Assembly: GCA_037381445.1 (NCBI GenBank)
Contig: JARRQT010000091.1
Coordinates: forward strand, 1-23,817
Origin: Calditrichia bacterium
Lineage (GTDB): Bacteria > Calditrichota > Calditrichia > RBG-13-44-9
Direction: 5' to 3'
Length of the DNA: 23,817 bases
In this document: positions 1 through 8,419 of the stretch, one piece after another
Position numbering within the stretch: position 1 is the first letter of the stretch
How the letters are laid out: each line of letters opens with the position of its first letter
Translations under genes and position numbers: made by a program
The notes under the pieces: model-generated
What the model was told of the DNA's origin: nothing
The model's database searches: none
Seen by the model: the letters and a program-made list of their open reading frames with translations, nothing else

Positions 1-927
1 TTTAACTGGAAGCTATTCAAACATCTTCTCAAACGCGATATCGGCATTTTGCACGCTCACGACTTGTGGGTGCTTCCGGGCTCGGTCTGCGCCGCCTTGT
101 TTAAAAAGGCCCCGGTAGTTTACGACGCCCATGAATTTTACCGGGGACTGGAAATATTCAATCAGAAAAAACTTTCCGGTAAAATCTGGGCGCTCACTGA
201 GTGGCTCTTTATCAGATTCGCTAAAAAAATCCTGACCATTAACGCTTCGCACGGAGATCTGTACAAAAAGATCTATCCCCGGATCTCTCAACCGGAAGTT
301 ATCATGAACCTGCCGGAACGGAAAGGGAATGCCGAGGCATCGGAGTTGCCTCTATTCCATGACCGAAAGGACAGCATCTTGTTTCAGGGCATTTTCAAAC
401 CCGGCCGCGCCTTGCCGCAGGTAATCCGGGCTTTTGCAGAAACAGATAACGGGACACTGGAATTCCTCGGGCACGGAGAGATTGAACAGCAATTAAGGCA
501 GTTGACTTCGGACCTGGGATTGGGCGAAAAGGTGTATTTTTTCGGAAAGGCAGACTGGAAAGATTTGTGCAGAAGAACACAGCAGGCAAAAGCGGGGGTT
601 GTATTATTTGAACCGACCAGTATCAACTACAAATATGCCTCTCCCAATAAATTTTTTGAATATGTTATGGCCGGTACACCGCTCATTGCTTCGGACATTC
701 CAACCTTCAGGGAATTTATATCCGAACATGAGGTGGGCATTCTGGTCAATCCCGATTCCGGGGAAGAGATAATTTCAGCGATCAGAAAATTACTGACCAA
801 TGAAAAGATATGGAACAAATATCATCGGAATTGTCTGAAAGCCAGGGAGATCTGGAACTGGGAAAAGCAGGAACAGAAGCTCCTGTCTGTTTACCGGGAA
901 TTAAGCGGTGGCCTAATGCCTGATTGA
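1..927 (+). CDS. Glycosyltransferase family 4 (GT-B fold), 5'-truncated by the window edge
   Basis: Frame is open from base 1 (FNWKLFKHLLKRDIGILHAHD...). Motifs HAHD, VYDAHE, 'YASPNKFFEYVMAGTPLIASD' and GILVNP are typical of Glyco_trans_1/GT4. Confidence 0.9.
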   Translation, partial: FNWKLFKHLLKRDIGILHAHDLWVLPGSVCAALFKKAPVVYDAHEFYRGLEIFNQKKLSGKIWALTEWLFIRFAKKILTINASHGDLYKKIYPRISQPEVIMNLPERKGNAEASELPLFHDRKDSILFQGIFKPGRALPQVIRAFAETDNGTLEFLGHGEIEQQLRQLTSDLGLGEKVYFFGKADWKDLCRRTQQAKAGVVLFEPTSINYKYASPNKFFEYVMAGTPLIASDIPTFREFISEHEVGILVNPDSGEEIISAIRKLLTNEKIWNKYHRNCLKAREIWNWEKQEQKLLSVYRELSGGLMPD

Positions 928-2687
928 GCGCAGATCCTATTATTCGGATGAACTGGATGAAAATACGCTTTTTAAATAAAATTGAATGGACTGCCGACCG
1001 CCGGAATATTGTTTTCCTAATTCTGGTAGGCGTGCTGATCAGGTTTTGGGGAATTACCTACGGATTGCCGTCCGTTTACAATTCCACGGAATATTTTATT
1101 GCAAAAAATGCGCTGAGCCTTGGAGCCCGCCATACCCTGGAGCCTTTAAATTTTATTTACCCTACATTCTATTCATACCTCATTGCTGCGGTGTACGGTA
1201 TTTATTTTATCTTTGGAAAGATAGTCGGGTGGTTCCCCGGATCAGCGGACTTTGCGCTTCAGTTTTTCTCAGATCCTTCCTCCTTTTATTTGCTGGGCAG
1301 GAGTTTGAGCGCGATTGCCATCATTATTTCTTTGGTTGTTTTCTACCGGAACGTCCGCTTTTTGCTGGCGCCCGGTTTATCTCTGCTGCTCACGCTCCTT
1401 TTATTGTCCAGTTTTAATATTCACAATTTCACTTTTTGGATGGTGCCGGATGCTTTTTTGATTCTGGGCAGCGCAGTTGTTTTATATTATATGACAAAGG
1501 CCTGTTATCATCCGCTTTCCCGCATTGAAATCCTGCTGGCTTCCCTGGTTTGCGGATTTACCATTTCAACAAAATACAACGCCGGATTCCTGGCATTCGG
1601 ATGGCTGCTGTCGCTGCTGATCTTTGCAGAACAAAAGGGAGAGGGACGAAAATTCCGTATTGCCACCGCCGCTTTGTTTGTTGGTATCGGATTCATCATT
1701 GGTTCTCCATACTGGATTTTAAGCTTCTCAAAATTTGCCGAGGGTTTCCGGACAATCTGGTCTCAGTCGGTTTACGGATACAATTTCCAGACAGGCCTTC
1801 CGTACCTGTGGGAAATAAAAACGCTTATCACCTCGGAATGGCTCCTCGGCCTGCTTTTTATTGTCCTTTTGGCAAGCCTTCTATTGCGGCCCGGGAGATT
1901 TGCGCTTCCCATTGCAATGATCGTTCTCCCAACCTTTTTAATCGTCGGGAGCTGGGAAAAGAAGGGTCTGGATTATATGCTGATTATTTTCCCCGCTCTG
2001 CTTGTTTTGTCCGCCTACTGGATCAGCCGTATTTCGATGCATTTAAAAAATCCTAAGATTCTGTACGCCCTGCTTCTGCCGGTTTTACTGATAAATGTGC
2101 CGCGGATTGTTTATACGGATTTCCTGCACACGCGGACGGATACAAGAGAATTAGCCGGACGCTGGATAATGGAGCATCTGCCCCCCAATTCGGCCATTGT
2201 TTACGATCACTACCATTATGATATCAATCTGATTGATGTGAACCGGTTTATGGAATATGGGGCTGGGAGCCGGTATCTTTCTCCTGCGGTCAGAAAGAAA
2301 TTGAAATCATTGCAGGATGCACCGTATAATTATAACTTTATTTCAGTCCAAAAATCATTGAATGAAAATGATTTGCCGGATACGCTTAAATCCGTTTTGG
2401 ACGGTGATCCTTTCATCAGAGAGAATCTGACACATCCCCATAAATCCCTGCAGGAACTTATCAATGATGGGGCCAGGATACTTATCCTGAACAGTGATAC
2501 CTATCTAAAGTTCTTGAATAATCCGGCTCCTGCGTTAAACAATCCGCTGCGGGAAGATTTTTTAAGCCGGCAGAGATTTTATCGCGAGATTTTCAGAACA
2601 CAGAAACCTGCAAAGGTCTTTTTTCCTGCATGGAATCGCCCCGGGCCGATAATACAATTATTTGAATTGAAGGAAGACAATTCATGA
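924..2687 (+). CDS. Multi-pass membrane glycosyltransferase of the GT-C superfamily (ArnT/PMT_2, GT39/GT83-like)
   Basis: About 10 hydrophobic segments; N-terminal R-x-x-G-x-x-x-GLP, 'P-x-x-F-x-YP' and 'TKYN' motifs; soluble C-terminal domain starting 'DTRELAGRWI'. The start is uncertain: TTG 924 overlaps the upstream stop, with alternative ATGs at 948 and 957. Confidence 0.75.
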   Translation: MSADPIIRMNWMKIRFLNKIEWTADRRNIVFLILVGVLIRFWGITYGLPSVYNSTEYFIAKNALSLGARHTLEPLNFIYPTFYSYLIAAVYGIYFIFGKIVGWFPGSADFALQFFSDPSSFYLLGRSLSAIAIIISLVVFYRNVRFLLAPGLSLLLTLLLLSSFNIHNFTFWMVPDAFLILGSAVVLYYMTKACYHPLSRIEILLASLVCGFTISTKYNAGFLAFGWLLSLLIFAEQKGEGRKFRIATAALFVGIGFIIGSPYWILSFSKFAEGFRTIWSQSVYGYNFQTGLPYLWEIKTLITSEWLLGLLFIVLLASLLLRPGRFALPIAMIVLPTFLIVGSWEKKGLDYMLIIFPALLVLSAYWISRISMHLKNPKILYALLLPVLLINVPRIVYTDFLHTRTDTRELAGRWIMEHLPPNSAIVYDHYHYDINLIDVNRFMEYGAGSRYLSPAVRKKLKSLQDAPYNYNFISVQKSLNENDLPDTLKSVLDGDPFIRENLTHPHKSLQELINDGARILILNSDTYLKFLNNPAPALNNPLREDFLSRQRFYREIFRTQKPAKVFFPAWNRPGPIIQLFELKEDNS

Positions 2688-3475
2688 AAATGATGATCGG
2701 CACCAGCGGATACAGCTATGAGGACTGGCGGGGAAATTTTTATCCTCCCAAATTGCCCAAAGGCAAAATGCTTGATTATTATGCGGAAAAATTTTCAGTG
2801 GTTGAAATAAATTCCACCTACTACAGAATACCCCATCCGGCAGTTTTTTATCACCTTGACCAGAAAACGCCGGATAATTTTGAATTCATTGTCAAAACCA
2901 ATCAGGAAACCACACACATTCGGAAAAAGAATAAAGAGGCGATGAACCAGCTTATTGATGCAATACAGCCAATAGAGGAAAAAGGGAAGTTCTCCGGATT
3001 CCTGGCGCAGTTTCCCTATTCATTCAAAAATACGCCGGAAAACCGCGATTATATTGTGGAAACAAAAATGCTTGCCAGTCCATATCCTCTCTTCGTGGAA
3101 TTCCGGAATTGGACCTGGGACCAGCCGCAGGTTTTTGAAATGTTGAAGCGTCATTCCATATTTTATGTGAATGTAGACCAGCCCGAATTGCGGGGCTTGC
3201 TAAAACGGCAGGAAATTGTGACAGGCGGGCTGGGATATGTTCGTTTTCACGGAAGGAATTCCTCCAATTGGTGGAAGGGAACTAACCAGACCCGTTACGA
3301 TTACTTGTATTCGGCTTCGGAGTTGGAAGAATGGCTGATCCGGCTTTCCCATATTCTTCAAAAAACAAACAAAAGCTATATATTTTTCAACAACCACCCC
3401 CAGGGGAATGCAATCCGCAATGCCGAAATGTTGAAAGATCTGGTCGATAGCCAGCCGAATTTTCTGAATGAATGA
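2684..3475 (+). CDS. DUF72 (YecE-like) protein
   Basis: Motifs IGTSGYSY-x-DW-x-G-x-FYP, VEINSTYY, QFPYSF, VEFR, YVRFHGRN, RYDYLYS, FFNN. ATGA overlap with the upstream stop. Confidence 0.93.
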   Translation: MKMMIGTSGYSYEDWRGNFYPPKLPKGKMLDYYAEKFSVVEINSTYYRIPHPAVFYHLDQKTPDNFEFIVKTNQETTHIRKKNKEAMNQLIDAIQPIEEKGKFSGFLAQFPYSFKNTPENRDYIVETKMLASPYPLFVEFRNWTWDQPQVFEMLKRHSIFYVNVDQPELRGLLKRQEIVTGGLGYVRFHGRNSSNWWKGTNQTRYDYLYSASELEEWLIRLSHILQKTNKSYIFFNNHPQGNAIRNAEMLKDLVDSQPNFLNE

Positions 3476-3629
3476 CAGATTCCAGCCAAATGACTGAATA
3501 AGTTGCAGAACATGCGACATTTCGAACTATAATTCTGAAAAATATTCAGATTTCCTCCTTCATTGCTTAATATGAAATAATATGCCATAACTTATTTCAA
3601 AACAGATATATACTGCCAAATTAAATTTT

Positions 3630-3645
3630 TGGTACGGACTTTGTA
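3630..3645 (+). promoter_or_regulatory. Putative sigma54 (-24/-12) promoter for hsp20, non-canonical GT at -12
   Basis: TGGTACGGACTTTGTA versus consensus TGGCACG-N4-TTGCW. GG-N10-G spacing is exact; the site lies 40 nt upstream of the ATG. Confidence 0.55.
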
Positions 3646-3685
3646 TATATTTTAGTAGAGCAAAAAAATAAAGGAGGTTTAAATT

Positions 3686-4138
3686 ATGGCAATTGTAAGA
3701 TGGCGTCCTGGCAGAGATCTTCTAAATATGCAGGACGAGATGAATCGCATGTTTGACCGTTTCTTTGGTTCCTCTCTGTCGGAAGATCAGGAGATGTTGT
3801 CTCCGGCTTTCTGGCATCCCAGGGTGGACATATATGAGACGGAAGATGAGTACGTGGTGACCGCTGAGCTCCCTGGAATGAAAAGAGAAGATATTCATAT
3901 CTCTTTCAATAACGGGAACGTGGTAATTGAAGGAGAGCGCAAGAGCGAAAAAGAAGAAAAAGATGTCAATTATCACCGGGTTGAGAGAAGTCGGGGAAAA
4001 TTCTCGCGTTCTTTCCAATTACCGACAAAAATCAATCAGGATAAGATCAATGCTTCCTATAAGGATGGAATACTGGAAGTTCATCTTCCCAAAGCGGAGG
4101 AAGTGAAGCCCAAGCAAATTGAAGTCAAAGTTTCCTGA
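3686..4138 (+). CDS. Hsp20/alpha-crystallin family small heat-shock protein
   Basis: W-x-P-x-VDIYET, AELPG, ER-x-x-G-x-F-x-RSF-x-LP, ASYKDGILEV-x-LPK; strong RBS AAGGAGG at 3671-3677. Confidence 0.97.
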   Translation: MAIVRWRPGRDLLNMQDEMNRMFDRFFGSSLSEDQEMLSPAFWHPRVDIYETEDEYVVTAELPGMKREDIHISFNNGNVVIEGERKSEKEEKDVNYHRVERSRGKFSRSFQLPTKINQDKINASYKDGILEVHLPKAEEVKPKQIEVKVS

Positions 4139-4159
4139 TTTTCAATCAAGCGAATTTTG

Positions 4160-4188
4160 GAAACCCCGGATTTTCCGGGGTTTCTTAT
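4160..4188 (+). terminator. Rho-independent terminator of hsp20
   Basis: GAAACCCCGGA-TTT-TCCGGGGTTTC perfect 11-bp inverted repeat with a T-rich 3' side, about 20 nt after the stop. Confidence 0.85.
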
Positions 4189-4359
4189 GTACCAATATTT
4201 TCCGCATTGAAAAAATCGTCTGACCAATATGCCGATAAATTGAGATTTTATGCTGCATGAAGAAATGATATCGACTCAGCCGATGTCATCTGAGTTTGTC
4301 ACCTTTTTAAAACAGAGATGAGCCTAACGTGAGATTTTTATATAAAAAATTTTCCTTTC

Positions 4360-4386
4360 TGCAACATTTTATTTAAACGCCCCGTA
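4360..4386 (+). promoter_or_regulatory. Putative ECF-sigma promoter
   Basis: TGCAAC-N17-CGTA fits the AAC/CGT ECF-type pattern and lies upstream of two secreted-protein genes. Confidence 0.4.
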
Positions 4387-4566
4387 AAAATTGCCTGTGA
4401 AGAGGTATCAAGGGAATAGGTAATATATTGAATTGCCGGAAATCGTTTGATGAAACACTTAAAAATTAAGTATTAAAATGAAGATTCCAGATTCAAAAAA
4501 AGGAACATTTTTTATCTCATTACCCCATTGCCTTCGAAATCTGAAAAACATTTTTTTGGAGTATCC

Positions 4567-6306
4567 ATGAAGATTTTTATTTTCATCCTTCTGACTACAG
4601 GTCTGCTGTTTGCGCAGGGAAATAAAACTGTTGAAATAACGGATTTGCACATCGGCGATTTAAAGAACAGCGGTTTCACCTTGAATTCCAGGAAAACGAT
4701 TCATATTCAGGCAGAAGGTGCCGGCGAAAAATCGGAAAAGGAAAAGGATTTGATGATGGATCCCGGCAATATGTTTGCTTATCCATGGATTATCAACGCT
4801 AAGACCCGAAAGTTGGTTTGGCGCCTTACCATGGAAAACAGCGACAGGAGCCGCCGAACCCGCTCCGATCGAAAATTTGAAGGGGATCTTACGCTTCCAG
4901 CCGGCCAGTATGAAGTTTATTATCAGGCCAGCAAACCGGGATTGTCCATATTGGATGACGGCTTTTTTAGTTTTGGCAAATTGCTGAATAGGCTCCTGCA
5001 TGACGAGGAATGGTATAAGGAAGATGAAGCCAAATGGTTTGTCCGGATTTCAGGTGTGGATGCAGAGTTAAGTGAAAGGGCGGTGGAGAAATATCATGAA
5101 GCTTTGCGGAAACAGGCGATAGTTTCGATCACTGGTCTGCACAATTCCGATTACCGGCAGGAAGGATTTGAATTGAAGAAGAGAGGTACTTTTCGAGTTT
5201 ATGCCGTCGGAGAAGCATTCAGGGGCGAGACATTTGATTACGGCTGGATTGTGGATGCCTCCAATTCTGAAAAGGTATGGGAAACCCTGGCGGACAAAAG
5301 CGAATATGCTGGGGGCGCGGTAAAAAATCGATATTGGGATGAAACCATCACCCTTGAACCGGGAACCTACTGGGTCTATTTTGTGATGGACGATTCCCAT
5401 TCGCCGAATGATTGGAATGCAAATCCACCCTATGATCCGGCATTCTATGGTCTGACGCTCACGGGTGTCGCGGGTGAGTATGATCCCGACAGCATCGAGA
5501 AACTGCAGACGCTTAAGGTAAAACCTATTGTCGAAATGACCCGTTTGGGCGATGATGAACGGGTCCACGAAGGGTTTAAGATTTCACAACAGATGCAAAT
5601 CCGGGTTTATGCAGTAGGAGAAGGCCGTGGCGGAGAAATGTTTGATTATGGCTGGATTGTCAATATGCAAACCGGAGAAAAAGTATGGGAAATGGATTAC
5701 AATCGTACCCGCCATGCCGGCGGCGCAGAAAAAAATCGGATGATAGACGAAGTCATTACGCTTCCTGCCGGCTCTTACATGGTTTATTACAGAACCGACG
5801 ATTCTCACAGCTTTGAAGGATGGAACGGAGATATTCCTTATAATCCTTACAGTTGGGGAATAACCATATATCCGGCGGATCCGAAATACAGCAGCGATCA
5901 AATCCAGAAAGTGGAATCGGCAGATGAATCGGAAAATATCATTGCAAAAATAACCAAGGCGGGGAATAATAGCCATATTCGTGAAAAGTTTGAAATAGAT
6001 AAGCCAACGGACATCCGGATTTATGCGATAGGGGAAGGCGATTGGGATGAAATGTTTGATTATGGTTGGATAGAAAACAATGATACCGGTAAAAAAGTCT
6101 GGAAAATGACCTTTGAAGAGAGCCGCTGGGCCGGCGGAGCGAAAAAGAACCGGAAGGTTGATGATAGTATCACGCTGTTTCCCGGTCACTATAGCCTGCA
6201 TTATGATACGGATGATTCCCACAGTTACGGGAACTGGAATGATGATGCCCCGGATGACCCGATTCATTATGGAATAACCCTGTATAAGAAGGGAGAAAAG
6301 AAATGA
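4567..6306 (+). CDS. Secreted protein of unknown function with four internal repeats (579 aa)
   Basis: GGAG RBS at 4558-4561 supports ATG 4567 over TTG 4528. Signal peptide MKIFIFILLTTGLLFA|Q. Repeats carry GE, FDYGWI, KVW, AGGAxKNR, ITL-x-x-G-x-Y and DDSHS. Confidence 0.85.
   Translation: MKIFIFILLTTGLLFAQGNKTVEITDLHIGDLKNSGFTLNSRKTIHIQAEGAGEKSEKEKDLMMDPGNMFAYPWIINAKTRKLVWRLTMENSDRSRRTRSDRKFEGDLTLPAGQYEVYYQASKPGLSILDDGFFSFGKLLNRLLHDEEWYKEDEAKWFVRISGVDAELSERAVEKYHEALRKQAIVSITGLHNSDYRQEGFELKKRGTFRVYAVGEAFRGETFDYGWIVDASNSEKVWETLADKSEYAGGAVKNRYWDETITLEPGTYWVYFVMDDSHSPNDWNANPPYDPAFYGLTLTGVAGEYDPDSIEKLQTLKVKPIVEMTRLGDDERVHEGFKISQQMQIRVYAVGEGRGGEMFDYGWIVNMQTGEKVWEMDYNRTRHAGGAEKNRMIDEVITLPAGSYMVYYRTDDSHSFEGWNGDIPYNPYSWGITIYPADPKYSSDQIQKVESADESENIIAKITKAGNNSHIREKFEIDKPTDIRIYAIGEGDWDEMFDYGWIENNDTGKKVWKMTFEESRWAGGAKKNRKVDDSITLFPGHYSLHYDTDDSHSYGNWNDDAPDDPIHYGITLYKKGEKK
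4630..6285 (+). repeat. Four protein-level domain repeats: R1 ~4630-5052 (degenerate), R2 ~5119-5460, R3 ~5527-5871, R4 ~5941-6285
   Basis: DDSHS codons start at 5389, 5797 and 6211 (periods of 136 and 138 aa). TTTGATTAYGGYTGGAT recurs three times at DNA level. Confidence 0.9.
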
Positions 6307-7094
6307 AATATCGATTGGGTATAATTTTTATCTGTTTCTTTATTCTATTGGTGCAATTTGGCTCTGCTGCTACGCTTGAGGAAACCTTTGAAAAGAAAGT
6401 CGAGTTTGCCCCGGGCGGTTTTATCAGTCTGGAGAATGTGAACGGAAAGGTGGAGGTGAATGGGTGGGACCAAAACACAGTTTCGATCGAGGCCGTAAAA
6501 AAGGTGAAAGCATCCGACGAGAAGGATGCTAAGCGTTTCATGAAGGAAGTTGAAATCGAAATTTCCCGGAATAAAAATGAATTATTTATCAAAACAAAAC
6601 TTCCCGAAAACATGCGCAGCGGGCTTTTAGATTGGATATTTGGAGATGGCACATCCGCCTCGGTGAATTATGTTATCCATGTTCCTCAAAAGTCCGATCT
6701 GGATTTGAATCTCACAAACGGGGCAGTGTCGGTCACCAGGGTGACGGGCCGTCTGAAACTGAAGAGCACCAACGGGAAAATCGAGGCCACAAAAGTGTTC
6801 GGAGAAATGGACGCGCACACCACCAATGGCTCTATTGCTGCAGAATTTGATCAATTATCTAAAGACGGAAAATCGGATATTTCCACAACCAATGGCAGCA
6901 TCAAAATTCAGTTGCCGTCTGAAGCGGCTGTTGAGGTTAAGGGCAAAACGGTCAACGGATCGATCAATACGGATTTTCCTTTGGAAGTCTCAGGAAAATA
7001 TAATTCCAAAAAACTTTCCGGAACGATTAACGGGGGCGGTTCCACAATGGATATATCCACCACCAACGGCAGTATCGAGCTGATGAAAAAGTGA
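6303..7094 (+). CDS. DUF4097 family beta-strand repeat protein, secreted
   Basis: Signal peptide; repeated (T/S)(T/V)NG(S/K)I units (ENVNGKV, LTNGAV, STNGKI, TTNGSI x3, TVNGSI); C-terminal G-x-INGGG. ATGA overlap with the upstream gene. Confidence 0.9.
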   Translation: MKYRLGIIFICFFILLVQFGSAATLEETFEKKVEFAPGGFISLENVNGKVEVNGWDQNTVSIEAVKKVKASDEKDAKRFMKEVEIEISRNKNELFIKTKLPENMRSGLLDWIFGDGTSASVNYVIHVPQKSDLDLNLTNGAVSVTRVTGRLKLKSTNGKIEATKVFGEMDAHTTNGSIAAEFDQLSKDGKSDISTTNGSIKIQLPSEAAVEVKGKTVNGSINTDFPLEVSGKYNSKKLSGTINGGGSTMDISTTNGSIELMKK

Positions 7095-7145
7095 CGCAAA
7101 AGAATTGGGTTGAGAAATGATGGCACTCCACACATCATTTGAAAC

Positions 7146-7176
7146 AAAAAAGCGCCCTTAACGGGGCGCTTTTCTT
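7146..7176. terminator. Bidirectional intrinsic terminator between the convergent DUF4097 and prfB genes
   Basis: AAAAAA-GCGCCCT-TAAC-GGGGCGC-TTTTCTT: GC stem with an A-tract 5' and a T-tract 3'. Confidence 0.85.
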
Positions 7177-7177
7177 A

Positions 7178-8288
7178 TCAGGCGTCATGCAATTCAGGTA
7201 ATTTTAAAAGATAGGCATGGATGAAATCATCCAGGTCTCCATCCATAACCCGCTGGATATTGCCGGTTTCATGATTTGTGCGGTGATCCTTCACCAGGTT
7301 ATAGGGATGAAAGACATAGGATCTGATCTGATTCCCCCAACTGATTCCCGTTTTTGTGTCTTCGAGTTCCCTCTTTTTAGCCTCTTCTTCCTCGAGTTTT
7401 TTCTTGTAAAGCCTTCCTTTTAGGATTTTCATGGCATTGGCTTTATTCTTATACTGGGAGCGTTCGCTCTGGCAGGTAACCACGATATTGGTTGGAATAT
7501 GAGTAATTCGCACTGCCGAGTCGGTCCGGTTGACATGCTGTCCTCCGGCACCGCTTGCGCGGAAAGTATCAATTCTCAAATCATTCGGATTGATATCAAT
7601 TTCGATGTCCTCATCCACTTCGGGGACCACAAAGACGGAGGCGAAGGAGGTATGCCGCCTACCGCTGGCATCAAACGGTGAAATGCGCACCAGCCGGTGC
7701 ACACCGACTTCGGCTTTCAGATATCCGAATGCGTATTTTCCGGATATCTCTATTGTAACGCTTTTGATCCCCGCTTCTTCTCCGGGAAGCATATCCAGCA
7801 CTTCCGATTTAAATTTGTGCAGATCGGCCCAACGCAAATACATGCGCATCAGCATCTGCGCCCAGTCCTGCGATTCGGTTCCACCGGCGCCGGGATGTAT
7901 GGTCAGAATGGCATTCTTGGGATCTTCGGGTGCGGATAACAGGCCCCGCAATTCGAGCGCATTAATTCTGTCCAGTAGCCGCCTGCTTTCCGCATCCAGT
8001 TCCTTTAAAGTATCTTCGGATTCTTCTTCCTCGCTCAATTCCAGCAGTACCGAAATATCTTCCAGCTCTTTATTATAGTTTTTCCACTCATCAACTACTT
8101 CCCGCTTACTGCTCAATTCCTGCAGCAATACCTGCGCTTTCTCGGGATTGTCCCACAATGAGGCGGAATTTGCCTTTTCTTCGAGTTCAGCTATTTGGGT
8201 TGTTTTATTATCTATGTCAAAGATAACCTCGTAAATTGTTCAGAATTTCCTGCATTTCCTGAATTCGCGCTTCAATAACTTCTTTCAT
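7178..8288 (-). CDS. prfB: Peptide chain release factor 2 with programmed +1 frameshift: join(8220..8288, 7178..8218), about 369 aa
   Basis: SPF ('RISPFD') and GGQ motifs, GGTESQDW, WGNQIRSYV. A 23-codon first frame (MKEVIEARIQEMQEILNNLRGYL) ends at CTT-TGA-C, and the +1 frame continues DIDNKTTQIAELEEK into the tracked ORF. Confidence 0.97.
8216..8231 (-). other. RF2 +1 ribosomal frameshift cassette (internal SD plus CTT TGA C)
   Basis: Minus strand reads CGAGGT-TAT-CTT-TGA-C, the established prfB autoregulatory signal. Confidence 0.95.
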
Positions 8289-8419
8289 ACCACTCATCCT
8301 TAATTCATAAATGTGATTTTAAAACATTCCCGACGGGAATGCTCCATGTTTTCGATGTTAATTAACAATTGCAGAAGCAATGTTTGCGCATTGCCCTGAT
8401 GCTGAAATTAGTTCCATCC

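Noticed and set aside
3655..3690. RNA thermometer (ROSE/fourU) in the hsp20 leader
   Set aside because: The predicted leader is short and A-rich, with nothing to pair with the SD.
5584..6267. 227-aa antisense ORF, plus other antisense ORFs over the repeat gene
   Set aside because: Shadow frames of a well-supported gene, with no motifs or RBS.
7530..8078. 182-aa Ser-rich ORF opposite prfB
   Set aside because: Antisense mirror of Glu/Asp-rich RF2 codons.
8321..8385. Small hairpins (CATTCCC-GAC-GGGAATG) between the SpoIID-like gene and prfB
   Set aside because: Short, with no match to a known leader; at most a weak terminator or processing stem.
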